NCBI GenBank assembly: GCA_030584185.1
Contig: CP129495.1
Span: 1,079,628-1,143,627 of the forward strand
Direction: 5' to 3'
Length of the DNA stretch: 64,000 nt
DNA from: Acidimicrobiia bacterium
Lineage (GTDB): Bacteria > Actinomycetota > Acidimicrobiia > Spongiisociales > UBA11373
The position numbers were made by a program, and so were the translations under genes. This document shows, piece by piece, positions 46,120-55,711 of this stretch (positions are counted from its first letter, which is position 1; each line of letters starts with the position of its first letter). Below the pieces are notes generated by a model. It saw nothing but the letters and a program-made list of their open reading frames with translations. It was not told where the DNA came from and did not search any database.

Positions 46120-48918
46120 GTGATCCGCACCATCCAGGAAACCCTGGCAGGCACGCCGTGGGGTGATGACGAGCAGGGTGTCGAGCGAGCCATCGAGAGG
46201 ATCGCCACCGGGCCCGATCCGACCGGCACCGCCACCCGCCTGGCCCGCGTGCTCCCGGCAGCCCCGGCCCTAGCGTCCGAGTCTTCCCGAGATCCTCTTC
46301 TCGCCGAGGCGCTAGTCGCCGTCTGCTCGTCGGGCCGTGCCCTCACCGCGGCGCTCACCGCCCTCGGCGACGATGCACTCGAGCCACTGCGTTGGGCCTC
46401 CCCGCCGGCTCCCCGAATCGAGGCAGCGGGTCCCGATCCCGGTCTGGCCATCCGACGCGGGGTCAGACGACACATGCTCGGAGTCGCCGCACTCGATCTG
46501 ACCCGCCGCATCGACATGCCCGCCGCCGGCATCGCATTGGCCGACCTCGCCGACGCCGCCGCCGATGCCGCACTGCGCTCGGTGGCCCGGCCCGGCGACC
46601 CCTCGATGGCGGTCGTAGCCCTGGGAAAGTGGGGTGGCCGCGAGCTCAACTACGCCTCCGACATCGACCTGGTCTTCGTCCACGAGGGGGATGAGGCTGC
46701 TCTCGCCGCGCGGCTCGCCGAGCGCTTCATCGCCATCCTGTCCTCCCGCACGGCCGACGGCATCGCCTTCAGGGTCGATCCCGACCTGAGGCCAGAGGGT
46801 CGGGACGGCCCCCTCTCGCGGACGGTCGAATCATTCCGCGCCTACTGGGAACGGTGGGCCCACACCTGGGAGCGCCAGGCCATGCTCAAGGCGCGCCCCG
46901 CCGCAGGCGATCGGGCGCTGGGGACTGCTTTCGTGGAGGCGTCGCTGTCGTTCGTCCATCCTGAAGTGCTCCCCCACGATGCGGTCAGGGAGATTCGGGC
47001 CATGAAGATACGCAGCGAGCGCCTCGTATCCGGAGCCGCCGACGAGCTGAAGCGGGGGGTGGGCGGCATCCGCGACATCGAGTTCGCCGTTCAGTTGCTG
47101 CAGTTGGTTCACGGCGGAGCCGACCCCCTGCTGCGCTCCGCCAACACCCTCGATGCTCTGGCCAGGCTCGGCAGCGGCGGGTACGTGGACCCGGCGGATA
47201 CCGAAGAGCTGTCGGACTCCTACCGCTGGCTGCGTGACCTCGAGCACCGCATCCAGCTCCAGGATCTGCGCCAGACCCACACGGTCCCCGGTGGCGGCGC
47301 GGCGCGTGAGCGCATCGCCAAGCTGATGGGGTACCGCGACCGGCCAGACGCCTCGGCCGTCGAAGCCTTCGAGGGTGAAATGGTCGAACGCCGCTCAGCA
47401 GTACGCGACATCCACCAGCGGCTCTTCTACCGACCGGCGTTGGAGGCGTTCGCCAGTGCCCGCCGGGACGGCAGGATCGACCGCCAGATGGCCGCACTCG
47501 GCTTCACCGACTCCGAGGCGACACGCGCCGCCGCCGCCGACCTGACGGCGGGCCTGTCGCGCAGGAGCCGCTTGATGCGTCAGGTCCTCCCGCTCATGAT
47601 GGAGTGGCTTTCGGCGGCGCCGGACCCCGATCTGGGATTGGCGCAACTGAGACTCCTGGTGGCCGGCTCCGGTGACAACGGCCTGCTCATCGCCGCCCTG
47701 CGCGACGACCCGGGAGTCGGTGAGCGCCTGTGCCGACTGCTGGGAACGGCGCGCCTGGCCGGTCGGCTCGTCGATCGGATTCCTTCGGCGCTGACCCTGC
47801 TCGGCGATGACGTCGCCCTGGGCACACCTCCCGAACCGTCGTCGCTCCGTGCCGAGGCGCTAGGACGGGGGGCGATCAGGCCGGACCACGCCGAGACGAT
47901 CGAGTCTCTGCATCGATTCTGGGGCGAGCGGCTCCTGGTGACGATGGCCGCCGACGTCGCCGGCCTGTCCGACGTCCAAGAAGTGGGACGCCGCCTCTCA
48001 GACGCCGCCGACGCCCTGGTGGAGGCGCTCCTGGCCGCCGCCATCGACGAGGTCGGTGCCGGCGGTCTCCAGGCACCGCCGATGGCGGTGATCGCCATGG
48101 GCAGCTGGGGCGGCCGCGAGCTCACCTACGCAGGAGACCTCGATGCCCTGGTCGTCTTCGATCCCGACGCCGGTGACGAGGAAGCCGCATCCCGGGTCGC
48201 AGAGGTACTCGTCGGATCTCTCGCCGCTCCGTCACCAGGTGTCTCTCCACCGGCGGTCGATCTCGACCTCAGGCCCGAAGGCCGCAAGGGGGCACTGACC
48301 CGTTCCCTCGCCGCCTACGAGGCCTACTGGGACCGGTGGGCCCTCACCTGGGAGTTCCAATCGCTGCTGAGGGCTCGTTTCGCCGCAGGCGACGCCGCCC
48401 TCGGCGATCGGTTCGTCGCCGCCGCCACGGTTCGGGCGCATCCCGCGAGCTTCGACGCCGACCGCGAGGTACGGTCGATGAAGCTGCGCGTCGAGAAGGA
48501 GCGCATCCCCCTCGGCGAGGACCCCGACTTCCATGTCAAGCTGGGCAAGGGCGCCCTGTCCGACGTGGAGTGGACCGTTCAGCTCCTGCAGATGAGACAC
48601 GGCCACGCCCACCCGGCGATTCGGACCCCCGCCACCCTCGAGGCGTTGCGGGCCCTCGCCAGGGGCGGCCTGGTGCGCCCCTCCGACGCCGCCGCACTTG
48701 AGGCCGCCTACCTGTTCTGCGCCCGGGTCCGCAATCGCCTGGCGCTTCGCGCAGGGCGGACGTTCGACTCTCTCCCCACCGACCCCGACGAGAGCGCCGC
48801 ACTCGCCCGCTCCCTCGGATACGAGATCTCACCTCGCACGGCGCTACGTGAGGAGTACCGCAGGGTGACCCGGCGCGCCCGCAAGGTCGTCGATCGGGTG
48901 TTCTACGGCCGGAGTTGA
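46120..48918 (+). CDS. glnE: bifunctional glutamine synthetase adenylyltransferase/adenylyl-removing enzyme
   Basis: 932 aa with two nucleotidyltransferase domains (GKWGGRELNYASDIDLVFV and GSWGGRELTYAGDLDALVVF). Confidence 0.9.
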   Translation: MIRTIQETLAGTPWGDDEQGVERAIERIATGPDPTGTATRLARVLPAAPALASESSRDPLLAEALVAVCSSGRALTAALTALGDDALEPLRWASPPAPRIEAAGPDPGLAIRRGVRRHMLGVAALDLTRRIDMPAAGIALADLADAAADAALRSVARPGDPSMAVVALGKWGGRELNYASDIDLVFVHEGDEAALAARLAERFIAILSSRTADGIAFRVDPDLRPEGRDGPLSRTVESFRAYWERWAHTWERQAMLKARPAAGDRALGTAFVEASLSFVHPEVLPHDAVREIRAMKIRSERLVSGAADELKRGVGGIRDIEFAVQLLQLVHGGADPLLRSANTLDALARLGSGGYVDPADTEELSDSYRWLRDLEHRIQLQDLRQTHTVPGGGAARERIAKLMGYRDRPDASAVEAFEGEMVERRSAVRDIHQRLFYRPALEAFASARRDGRIDRQMAALGFTDSEATRAAAADLTAGLSRRSRLMRQVLPLMMEWLSAAPDPDLGLAQLRLLVAGSGDNGLLIAALRDDPGVGERLCRLLGTARLAGRLVDRIPSALTLLGDDVALGTPPEPSSLRAEALGRGAIRPDHAETIESLHRFWGERLLVTMAADVAGLSDVQEVGRRLSDAADALVEALLAAAIDEVGAGGLQAPPMAVIAMGSWGGRELTYAGDLDALVVFDPDAGDEEAASRVAEVLVGSLAAPSPGVSPPAVDLDLRPEGRKGALTRSLAAYEAYWDRWALTWEFQSLLRARFAAGDAALGDRFVAAATVRAHPASFDADREVRSMKLRVEKERIPLGEDPDFHVKLGKGALSDVEWTVQLLQMRHGHAHPAIRTPATLEALRALARGGLVRPSDAAALEAAYLFCARVRNRLALRAGRTFDSLPTDPDESAALARSLGYEISPRTALREEYRRVTRRARKVVDRVFYGRS

Positions 48919-48937
48919 GGCGAGCCGGCCGGCACCA

Positions 48938-49972
48938 TCAACCGCTGTCAGCCAGGGCGGCGTGGATGGCCTGCACGGCCCTCATCATGGCGGCGAACTC
49001 CTCGGGGAGGAGCGCCTGGGCACCGTCCACACGGGCCGTGTCCGGAGAGGCGTGAACGTCCACCATCACCCCGTCGGCGCCCGCCGCCACCGCAGCACGC
49101 GCCAGTGCCGGCACCAGCTCGCGGCGACCCGCCGAGTGTGAAGGGTCGACGAGGATCGGAAGGTGGCTGATGCCCTTCACCACGGGAACAGATGAGAGGT
49201 CGAGGGTGTTGCGGGTCCTCTGCTCGAAGGTGCGGATTCCGCGCTCACAGAGGACCACACCATGGTTCCCCTCCTTGTACACGTACTCGGCGGCATAGAG
49301 CCACTCGTCGATCGTGGCGCTCATCCCCCGCTTCAGCATCACCGGCTTCGGCTGGCGGCCCACCTCGGCGAGCAATGTGAAGTTGGCCATGTTGCGCGCT
49401 CCGATCCGGATCATGTCGGCGTACGACGACACCAACTCGACGTCTCGAGGATCGAGGACCTCGGCGACGAACGGCATGTCGAACTCGTCGCGAGCCTCGG
49501 CGAGCAGCTGCAGTCCCTTCTCCCCGAGACCCTGGAACGCATACGGGGAAGTCCGAGGCTTGAAGGCGTCCCCCCTGAGGATCACACCCCCGGCGGCCCG
49601 TACCGCAGCCGCCGCGGCGAACAGCTGTTCACGGCTCTCCACGGCACAGGGACCGGCGACCACCACCAGCCGATCCCCACCGACAGGAACCCCGCCGACC
49701 TCCACGATCGAGTCCTCAGGGTGGAAGTCGCGGCTCACGAAGCGATGGCTCTGCAGGATCGGGACGGCCCGCTCCACACCGGGGAACGCCTCCCACGGCA
49801 CCTGCTGGATGGCCGACCGGTCGCCGGCGGCACCGATCACCGTGCGCAGGGCGCCCTCCGACACGTGCGCCTCGGCGCCGAGATCCCGGAGCCGGTCCAC
49901 CAGATGCTCGATCTGGACGCCGGTGGCATCGCGCCGCATGACGATGATGATCGAGTCGTCCTGGCCGGCCAA
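48938..49972 (-). CDS. 3-deoxy-7-phosphoheptulonate (DAHP) synthase, type I-beta, with N-terminal regulatory domain
   Basis: TTG start with AAGGAG RBS; ~70-aa ACT/ferredoxin-like N-domain (DSIIIVMRRDATGVQIEHLVDRL) then KDO8P/DAHPS I-beta core (VVAGPCAVES, ARNMANFTLL, PILVDPSH). Confidence 0.8.
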   Translation of the reverse strand: MAGQDDSIIIVMRRDATGVQIEHLVDRLRDLGAEAHVSEGALRTVIGAAGDRSAIQQVPWEAFPGVERAVPILQSHRFVSRDFHPEDSIVEVGGVPVGGDRLVVVAGPCAVESREQLFAAAAAVRAAGGVILRGDAFKPRTSPYAFQGLGEKGLQLLAEARDEFDMPFVAEVLDPRDVELVSSYADMIRIGARNMANFTLLAEVGRQPKPVMLKRGMSATIDEWLYAAEYVYKEGNHGVVLCERGIRTFEQRTRNTLDLSSVPVVKGISHLPILVDPSHSAGRRELVPALARAAVAAGADGVMVDVHASPDTARVDGAQALLPEEFAAMMRAVQAIHAALADSG

Positions 49973-50040
49973 AGACCGCTCCTTTCGGTGTGGCGAGGAT
50001 AACTGAGGCCTGGGAGCAGGCCATCCCTCGCCGCTTGCAT

Positions 50041-50073
50041 TTGCTAGCACTCCGCTGTTACACTGCTAACACA
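50041..50073. promoter_or_regulatory. candidate operator: palindrome TTGCTAGCA and direct repeat TGCTA(G/A)CAC x2 in DAHPS/XRE divergent promoter
   Basis: TTGCTAGCAC-13nt-TGCTAACAC immediately upstream of XRE regulator ATG 50074. Confidence 0.35.
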
Positions 50074-50421
50074 ATGAAGACGAGAGTGAGCGAGGTCGGA
50101 GAGTTCATCCGCCAACAGCGCGAGCGAAGCGCCATTTCGATGCGCAAGCTCGCCGAGCGGGCAGGGATCTCCAACCCGTACCTCAGCCAGATCGAGCGGG
50201 GCCTTCGCAGGCCGTCGGCAGACATCCTCAAGGCCATCGCCCGAGGGTTGTCGATCTCGGCGGAGAGCCTCTACGAGCGGGCCGGGTTCCTCGACGGGAC
50301 GCCTCGTCCCGAGGTCGAGGACGCCATTCGCACGGACGCGGCCCTCACCGAACGTCAGAAGCAGGCCCTCACGGAGATCTATCGCAGCTTCGTGGAGGGA
50401 TTTCGAGAGGAGAGAGAATGA
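50074..50421 (+). CDS. XRE-family helix-turn-helix transcriptional regulator
   Basis: ISMRKLAERAGISNPYLSQIERGLRRPSADILKAIARGL HTH_3 signature; ATGA overlap with downstream gene. Confidence 0.75.
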   Translation: MKTRVSEVGEFIRQQRERSAISMRKLAERAGISNPYLSQIERGLRRPSADILKAIARGLSISAESLYERAGFLDGTPRPEVEDAIRTDAALTERQKQALTEIYRSFVEGFREERE

Positions 50422-50888
50422 AGGAAAAGGTCACGGAGATCCGCCAGCGCACCGCCAAGGTGGCAGGTGCGGTGGGAACCTCCGCCAAGAAGGCCGCCTA
50501 CGCGGCCATCGGGGCACCGGCGGTCGCCCGTAAGCGCATCGCCGCCAACTCCGACAAGTGGCGCAAGGGCGTTCGCAGTGAGTTCGACACCTGGGTGGCC
50601 GCCGGTGAGCGGCTGACCACCGAGATGCGGGACGGCAAGATGGTCGAGGACCTGAAGGACAAGGTCGATCTCGACCAGCTGCAGGACCGCGTGGAGAAGC
50701 TGCGCGATCAGCTCGAGGACGTGCTCGCCGGCTGGCGCGCCAGTTTCATGCCCGAGAAGTCCGCCACCGCGGCGAAGAAGCCGGCGGCGAAGAAGCCGGC
50801 AGCCAAGGCTCCTGCCAAGGCCCCGGCGGCGAAGAAGCCGGCAGCCAAGGCTCCTGCCAAGAAGGCGAGCGCTGCCACCAAGTCCTGA
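50418..50888 (+). CDS. HbhA-like protein (coiled-coil N-domain plus Lys/Ala/Pro-rich C-terminal repeats)
   Basis: C-terminal AAKKPAAKKPAAKAPAKAPAAKKPAAKAPAKK histone-H1-like repeats; gene order XRE regulator then HbhA-like mirrors mycobacterial Rv0474-hbhA. Confidence 0.65.
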   Translation: MKEKVTEIRQRTAKVAGAVGTSAKKAAYAAIGAPAVARKRIAANSDKWRKGVRSEFDTWVAAGERLTTEMRDGKMVEDLKDKVDLDQLQDRVEKLRDQLEDVLAGWRASFMPEKSATAAKKPAAKKPAAKAPAKAPAAKKPAAKAPAKKASAATKS

Positions 50889-50952
50889 CCACCCGGATGC
50901 GCACACGACCGAGGGGCCCCGTCACAGGGGCCCCTCGACGCGACCGAAGCGC

Positions 50953-51357
50953 CTAGTACTTGACGACCGCCTCGAGGCCGGACGCCGACTCGATCCAGCC
51001 CTCGACCATCTTCGACGTGGGGAGCCGCCTCACCAAGCGCTTCTTGGTGTTGACCTCGACCATCTTTGCCAGGAGGTTGGCGGCGTTGCGAGTCCGCAAC
51101 TCCTTGACCGTGTCGACACCGGCCGCCTCGAGCAGATCGGAGTACTCCTCGCCGATCCCCTTGACCCGCATGAGGTCGGCTCGATTGACCCACTCCAGGA
51201 CCTGGGCATCGGTCAACCCGGCGTTGGCGGCAACTTCCTTGCGGCCGCCGCGAGTGGCTCCTCGCTTGAGCAGCGCCTCGGTGGTTCGGATGCCCGCCTT
51301 GCGAAGTTTGGTGGCGAACTTGGGTCCGATGCCCTCGATGGCATCAATTGAAGGCAT
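50953..51357 (-). CDS. helix-hairpin-helix (DUF4332-like) DNA-binding protein
   Basis: start MPSIDAIEGIGPKFATKLRKAGIRT (GGAAAGGA RBS); two HhH motifs (IEGIGPKF, VKGIGEEY). Confidence 0.5.
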   Translation of the reverse strand: MPSIDAIEGIGPKFATKLRKAGIRTTEALLKRGATRGGRKEVAANAGLTDAQVLEWVNRADLMRVKGIGEEYSDLLEAAGVDTVKELRTRNAANLLAKMVEVNTKKRLVRRLPTSKMVEGWIESASGLEAVVKY

Positions 51358-51419
51358 TGCAGTCCTTTCCGTCACGGGGCCGGTGTCAGGCGTCGCCCGG
51401 GGGCGTCGCATTCGCGAGC

Positions 51420-52049
51420 CTAACCTCCCGCCGGAGGCGATGGCCTGCGGCCGCCTCTGCCGGCGGTGAGGTCGGTGACATCGTCCTCGGTGTCGAGATC
51501 CCCGGGAGCCCTGTGATCGACGCGGACCTCGTGGACCCAGTCGGTGTGTGCCTTCAGCAACCCGGCGGCGCCGACATCCCCCTCCAGGGCCATCAGGCGA
51601 TCCCACAGCCGGCGACGGAAGAGCACCGGGTTGCCCCGCTCCCACCGGTACACCGGGACCAACGCCGGGCGATCGCTCTCCTCGGCGGCGGCGAGCAGGG
51701 CATGCGGAACATCGGTCGGGATCTCGGGCTGGTCACCGAGCACGACGAACGCCTTCTCCACGTGAGGGTGACGCGTCAGGAAGTCGAGACCGACCCGCAG
51801 GGATGAGGCCATGCCCTCCTCCCACTCCTCGTTGAGCAGGACGACGGCGTCACCGAACTCGACGGCGTCGAGGATCTCGTCGGCGTGCGCACCAAGCACC
51901 ACCACGACCAGATCCACCGGCCAGGACCGCACCGACGCCACCACCTTGGCCAGCAGCGGCCCGTCGCCATAGGGCACGAGCTGCTTGGGGCGCCCCAATC
52001 GGCGGCTGGCGCCGGCCGCCAGGATCAGGGCGGCGGTCGTGGGATTCAT
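51420..52049 (-). CDS. MobA-like NTP-transferase domain protein (molybdenum cofactor nucleotidyltransferase family)
   Basis: start MNPTTAALILAAGASRRLGRPKQLVPYGDGPLL (LAAGxSxRxG motif of MobA/MocA). Confidence 0.65.
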   Translation of the reverse strand: MNPTTAALILAAGASRRLGRPKQLVPYGDGPLLAKVVASVRSWPVDLVVVVLGAHADEILDAVEFGDAVVLLNEEWEEGMASSLRVGLDFLTRHPHVEKAFVVLGDQPEIPTDVPHALLAAAEESDRPALVPVYRWERGNPVLFRRRLWDRLMALEGDVGAAGLLKAHTDWVHEVRVDHRAPGDLDTEDDVTDLTAGRGGRRPSPPAGG

Positions 52050-52160
52050 TCGTCGCACAGTAGCCCCGCGGTGCGCGTCCACCAGGAAGTGCCGATTGCG
52101 GTCGCCGCCGGGCTCCCGGCGTGGCAATCTTGGGGGCTGCATGTCACCTTGGAGGTTCAG

Positions 52161-53276
52161 TTGATCGTCGGTGTCCCCCGCGAGATCAAGACCGAGGAGT
52201 ACCGCGTCGCCATGACGCCCGTCGGAGCACGCGAGCTGGTCGGTCACGGACATCGCGTCCTTATCGAGTCAGGTGCGGGCACCGGATCGTCGATCACCGA
52301 CGACGACTTTGTCGCCGTGGGGGCCGAGGTGGTGCCCACCGCGACAGAAGTCTTCGCTGCAGCGGACATGATCGTCAAGGTCAAGGAGCCCCAGCCCTCC
52401 GAGATCGCCATGCTCGAGCCGCGCCACGTCCTGTTCACCTACCTCCATCTGGCGGCGTATCCGGCCGAGGCCAGGGGCCTGCTCGACTCCGGGGCCACCG
52501 CCATCGCCTACGAGACGGTTCAGCTGCCCAACGGTGCCCTGCCGCTGCTCGCCCCGATGAGCGAGATAGCCGGGCGGATGGCGGTGCAGGCGGGAGCGCA
52601 CTTCCTGGAGCGACCACGGGGGGGTCGCGGCGTTCTGCTCGGTGGCGTCCCCGGAGTGGCTCCCGGTCGGGTCACCGTCCTCGGCGCCGGCATGGCGGGC
52701 CGCAACGCGGCGATGATCGCTGCCGGGATGGGTGCCGAGGTGGTGGTGCTCGACGTCAACCTGATGCCGTTGCGTCACCTCGACGAACTGCGCTGGGGAA
52801 GCGTGTTCACCGTGAAGTCTTCGATCCTCGCCATCGAGACATACGTTTCGACCTCGGAGCTGGTCGTGGGTGCAGTTCTGATTCCGGGTGCTCGCGCCCC
52901 GATCGTGGTCAGCGAGGAGATGGTGAAGGGGATGAAGCCGGGGAGCGTGCTGGTCGACATCTCGATCGACCAGGGGGGATGCATCGCCACCGCTCGGGAG
53001 ACCACGCACAGCGATCCGGTTTACGAGCAGCACGGAGTGATCCACTACGCCGTGGGAAACATTCCGGGGGCCGTGCCCAACACCGCCACCTACGCCCTGA
53101 CCAATGCCACGCTCCCCTATGTGGTGGCGCTGGCCGACGGGGTGGCTCCGGCGATGCGTCGCCACCCGGAGCTCCTGGGGGGTGTCAACGTCGCAGCCGG
53201 CCAGGTGACCAATCAGGCAGTCGCCGCCTCACTCGGGATGGAGACGGTCGACGCCTCAGCCGCCCTCGGGCTCTAG
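52161..53276 (+). CDS. ald: alanine dehydrogenase
   Basis: TTG start with GGAGG RBS; MIVGVPREIKTEEYRVAMTP, NAD-binding VTVLGAGMAGRNAA, AlaDH/PNT family. Confidence 0.9.
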   Translation: MIVGVPREIKTEEYRVAMTPVGARELVGHGHRVLIESGAGTGSSITDDDFVAVGAEVVPTATEVFAAADMIVKVKEPQPSEIAMLEPRHVLFTYLHLAAYPAEARGLLDSGATAIAYETVQLPNGALPLLAPMSEIAGRMAVQAGAHFLERPRGGRGVLLGGVPGVAPGRVTVLGAGMAGRNAAMIAAGMGAEVVVLDVNLMPLRHLDELRWGSVFTVKSSILAIETYVSTSELVVGAVLIPGARAPIVVSEEMVKGMKPGSVLVDISIDQGGCIATARETTHSDPVYEQHGVIHYAVGNIPGAVPNTATYALTNATLPYVVALADGVAPAMRRHPELLGGVNVAAGQVTNQAVAASLGMETVDASAALGL

Positions 53277-53728
53277 CCCAACACCTCCACCAGACGGTCC
53301 TGCAGATGGCCGAGGTAGAGGAGCAGAGCCATCTCGGCGTCCTCCGCCGGCTCGGACTCGTCCTCCCAGCCGTCGTCCTCCACGCCGAGCGCATGGGCCA
53401 GGAGGAGGCGGGCCTCGCCTATCACCCGCAGCCAAGCCTCGGCCTCGTCGGCGTCGATTCGCTCCCGACCCAGGCCGGAGAGGAACACGGAGCGGTCCTG
53501 CTGCCGCGCCTCCTCCAGGGAGGCGCCGACCAGGTCGCGGTACCTGCGGTCGGCCGCTTCATCGTCGGGGTGAGCGACGTATGTGAGCCTGCCCCCGGCG
53601 TCGCCGCCACCATCCAGCATCTCGGGGAGCGCGGCCAGGGCCGTGCGCTCCAGGTCACCGAGACGAACCACGATCTCTCGCTCGTCCCTGGCGAACGGGC
53701 CCCTCACGTCCGCTCCAACGTCGCCCAC
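53273..53728 (-). CDS. DUF2017 domain protein (ClpS-associated)
   Basis: 151-aa acidic protein immediately downstream of clpS on the same strand, conserved actinobacterial synteny. Confidence 0.55.
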   Translation of the reverse strand: MGDVGADVRGPFARDEREIVVRLGDLERTALAALPEMLDGGGDAGGRLTYVAHPDDEAADRRYRDLVGASLEEARQQDRSVFLSGLGRERIDADEAEAWLRVIGEARLLLAHALGVEDDGWEDESEPAEDAEMALLLYLGHLQDRLVEVLG

Positions 53729-53991
53729 AGCCCGTGATGGTGGAGGCGATGGCAGTCGAGCTCGGCCTTCTCAAGGGGGCCGCTCGACACCACCGCCCTT
53801 CCCTCGTGGTGGACCTGGAGCATGAGGCGGGTCGCCTCCTCCAGGGAGTGGCCGAACAGCTTGCGGAACACCCAGACCACGTAGGACATCAGGTTCACCG
53901 GATCGTTCCACACCACCACCTGCCAGGAGCGGTGGCGAGCGGTCGACTCGTCGACTTCCGGGGTGTCTACGCGTTCGGGGGCGACGGTCAT
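53704..53991 (-). CDS. clpS: ATP-dependent Clp protease adaptor protein ClpS
   Basis: 96 aa from MTVAPERVD; [46 protein letters not shown] matches ClpS core. Confidence 0.85.
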   Translation of the reverse strand: MTVAPERVDTPEVDESTARHRSWQVVVWNDPVNLMSYVVWVFRKLFGHSLEEATRLMLQVHHEGRAVVSSGPLEKAELDCHRLHHHGLWATLERT

Positions 53992-54278
53992 CGTCGCTGA
54001 TCTGCCGGGCGCTCCGAGAGCCTGGAGGCCAGCCGCTGGGCGTTGAGCCAGTCCTCGAAGTCGAGGCGGGCGACCCGCCACTCACGGCCCATCTTCACCG
54101 CCGGCAGCTCGCCGCTGCGCAGCACCCTGGTCACCACGAAGGTGGATACGTCCATGTACTCGCAGATGTCGGCCACGGACAGCCACTCCTTGCCGACGTC
54201 GACCACGATTCGTTCCACACGCGCAGGGTACCGCCGCCTGGATGAGCGTGGAAGTGGGCCGGCTTCGGGGTGGAACAT
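53988..54278 (-). CDS. helix-turn-helix (excisionase/MerR-like) DNA-binding protein
   Basis: [47 protein letters not shown]; ATGA overlap with clpS; start chosen at MFHPEAG. Confidence 0.5.
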   Translation of the reverse strand: MFHPEAGPLPRSSRRRYPARVERIVVDVGKEWLSVADICEYMDVSTFVVTRVLRSGELPAVKMGREWRVARLDFEDWLNAQRLASRLSERPADQRR

Positions 54279-54339
54279 CGAAAAGAATTCGCGAGAATCC
54301 GCTAAACCGGCGCGCACTAGTGCCGATTGACTAGTCACG

Positions 54340-55272
54340 ATGGACCCGCGCGAGACGACACTGGTGCGCTTCCCACTGATACGGCGGTTCCCCAACGGTG
54401 CGCCGCTGGCAGTCGGTGTCGTCCTCGCCACCGGGATCGCCGGCCTCGACTGGTGGTCCGGACCCGCCTACTCGCTGTCCCTCCTCTACGTGCTGGCGGT
54501 GATGGCCGTCTCCTGGATCGGAACCCGTCGCCACGGCATCGTCGTCGCCGCCCTCGCCGCCGGCGAGCAGATGATCGCGGGCTCCGGCGTCACCGTCCTG
54601 GCGCGCCTGTGGAACTCCGTGATGCTCGGCGGCGTGCTGATGATCGTCGCCGTCATGCTGTGTTCGCTGCGCCGTTCCCTCGTGGACCAGCGCCGCCACG
54701 CCACGATCGACAACCTCACCGGAGCCATGAACCGCAGGTCGTTCGCCATCATCGCCGAGCGCGAGCGGCTGCGGGCCGGTCGCGACGGCAGCCCCCTCAC
54801 CATGGCCTACTTCGACATCGACGCCTTCAAGACGGTGAACGACGCCCACGGCCATGCCCTGGGGGACCGGATCCTGGAGGCGTTCGCCGAGGCCGTGGAG
54901 TCCACGATTCGCGGCACCGACCTCTTCGCCCGCCTCGGCGGTGACGAGTTCGTCCTGCTCCTCCCCGACACCGACGCCCACCGCGCCATGGTGGCCGTGG
55001 ACCGGGTCCGGCAGCGACTCGCCGCCACCTGCGTGGTCGACGGCAGCCCCCTCACCACCTCGGTAGGGGTCGCCACCTTCCGGTTCCCGCCCCACTCCGT
55101 CGATGCCATGATCGCCGGCGCCGACGAACTCATGTATCAGGCGAAGCAGCGCGGTGGCGATACCGTGGTCGGCATGGTGTTCATTGGACCGTGGGCGCGC
55201 TGGTCGGACACGATGGCCGCAGGTGAACCCCATCTGGTCCCGGCACAGCGACTGCCGGTCGACGTCCGCTGA
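54340..55272 (+). CDS. membrane-anchored GGDEF-domain diguanylate cyclase
   Basis: 4 TM N-domain then GGDEF: NLTGAMNRRSF, active site RLGGDEFVLLLP, I-site-like RGTD. Confidence 0.8.
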   Translation: MDPRETTLVRFPLIRRFPNGAPLAVGVVLATGIAGLDWWSGPAYSLSLLYVLAVMAVSWIGTRRHGIVVAALAAGEQMIAGSGVTVLARLWNSVMLGGVLMIVAVMLCSLRRSLVDQRRHATIDNLTGAMNRRSFAIIAERERLRAGRDGSPLTMAYFDIDAFKTVNDAHGHALGDRILEAFAEAVESTIRGTDLFARLGGDEFVLLLPDTDAHRAMVAVDRVRQRLAATCVVDGSPLTTSVGVATFRFPPHSVDAMIAGADELMYQAKQRGGDTVVGMVFIGPWARWSDTMAAGEPHLVPAQRLPVDVR

Positions 55273-55278
55273 GTCAGC

Positions 55279-55416
55279 TCAGGTCCGGCTGGGCTCCGGG
55301 ACAGCCGGCTCCGCTTCGCGCTCGAGGCCCGGCGGCTCCTCGAACTCCGGCCGCTTTTCGTCGGGGAACTCCATCGGCTCGACGATGATCACCCGCTTCT
55401 GCTCACCTATGTCCAT
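55279..55416 (-). CDS. 45-aa acidic small protein (hypothetical)
   Basis: strong RBS GAGAAGGAGAG 6 nt upstream of ATG; MDIGEQKRVIIVEPMEFPDEKRPEFEEPPGLEREAEPAVPEPSRT; not in ORF track (below length cut-off). Confidence 0.35.
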   Translation of the reverse strand: MDIGEQKRVIIVEPMEFPDEKRPEFEEPPGLEREAEPAVPEPSRT

Positions 55417-55711
55417 GTCTGTCTCTCCTTCTCAATGAGGAAGTCACCTATCCCGGGTTGGCGCCATCGGCGGAACATACGCCCCCGAACGCACGTTTGG
55501 CAAGGTCGATCCGAATCGTTTTCGCACCCCAGACCGGCCCGGGTGGCCGGGTGCGAACGTCGCCCGCCCGGACCCGGCACTGCGGCCACGACGCCCTCGA
55601 CCGACAGTGCCTGGAGCCGTCCACCGGGTAGAAGGGCCCGCGCCGAGAGTGCTTCCGACCCTGGCCGCCATGTTGCCGGCCCGATACCTTCACCGCGAGA
55701 AGGAGATCACG

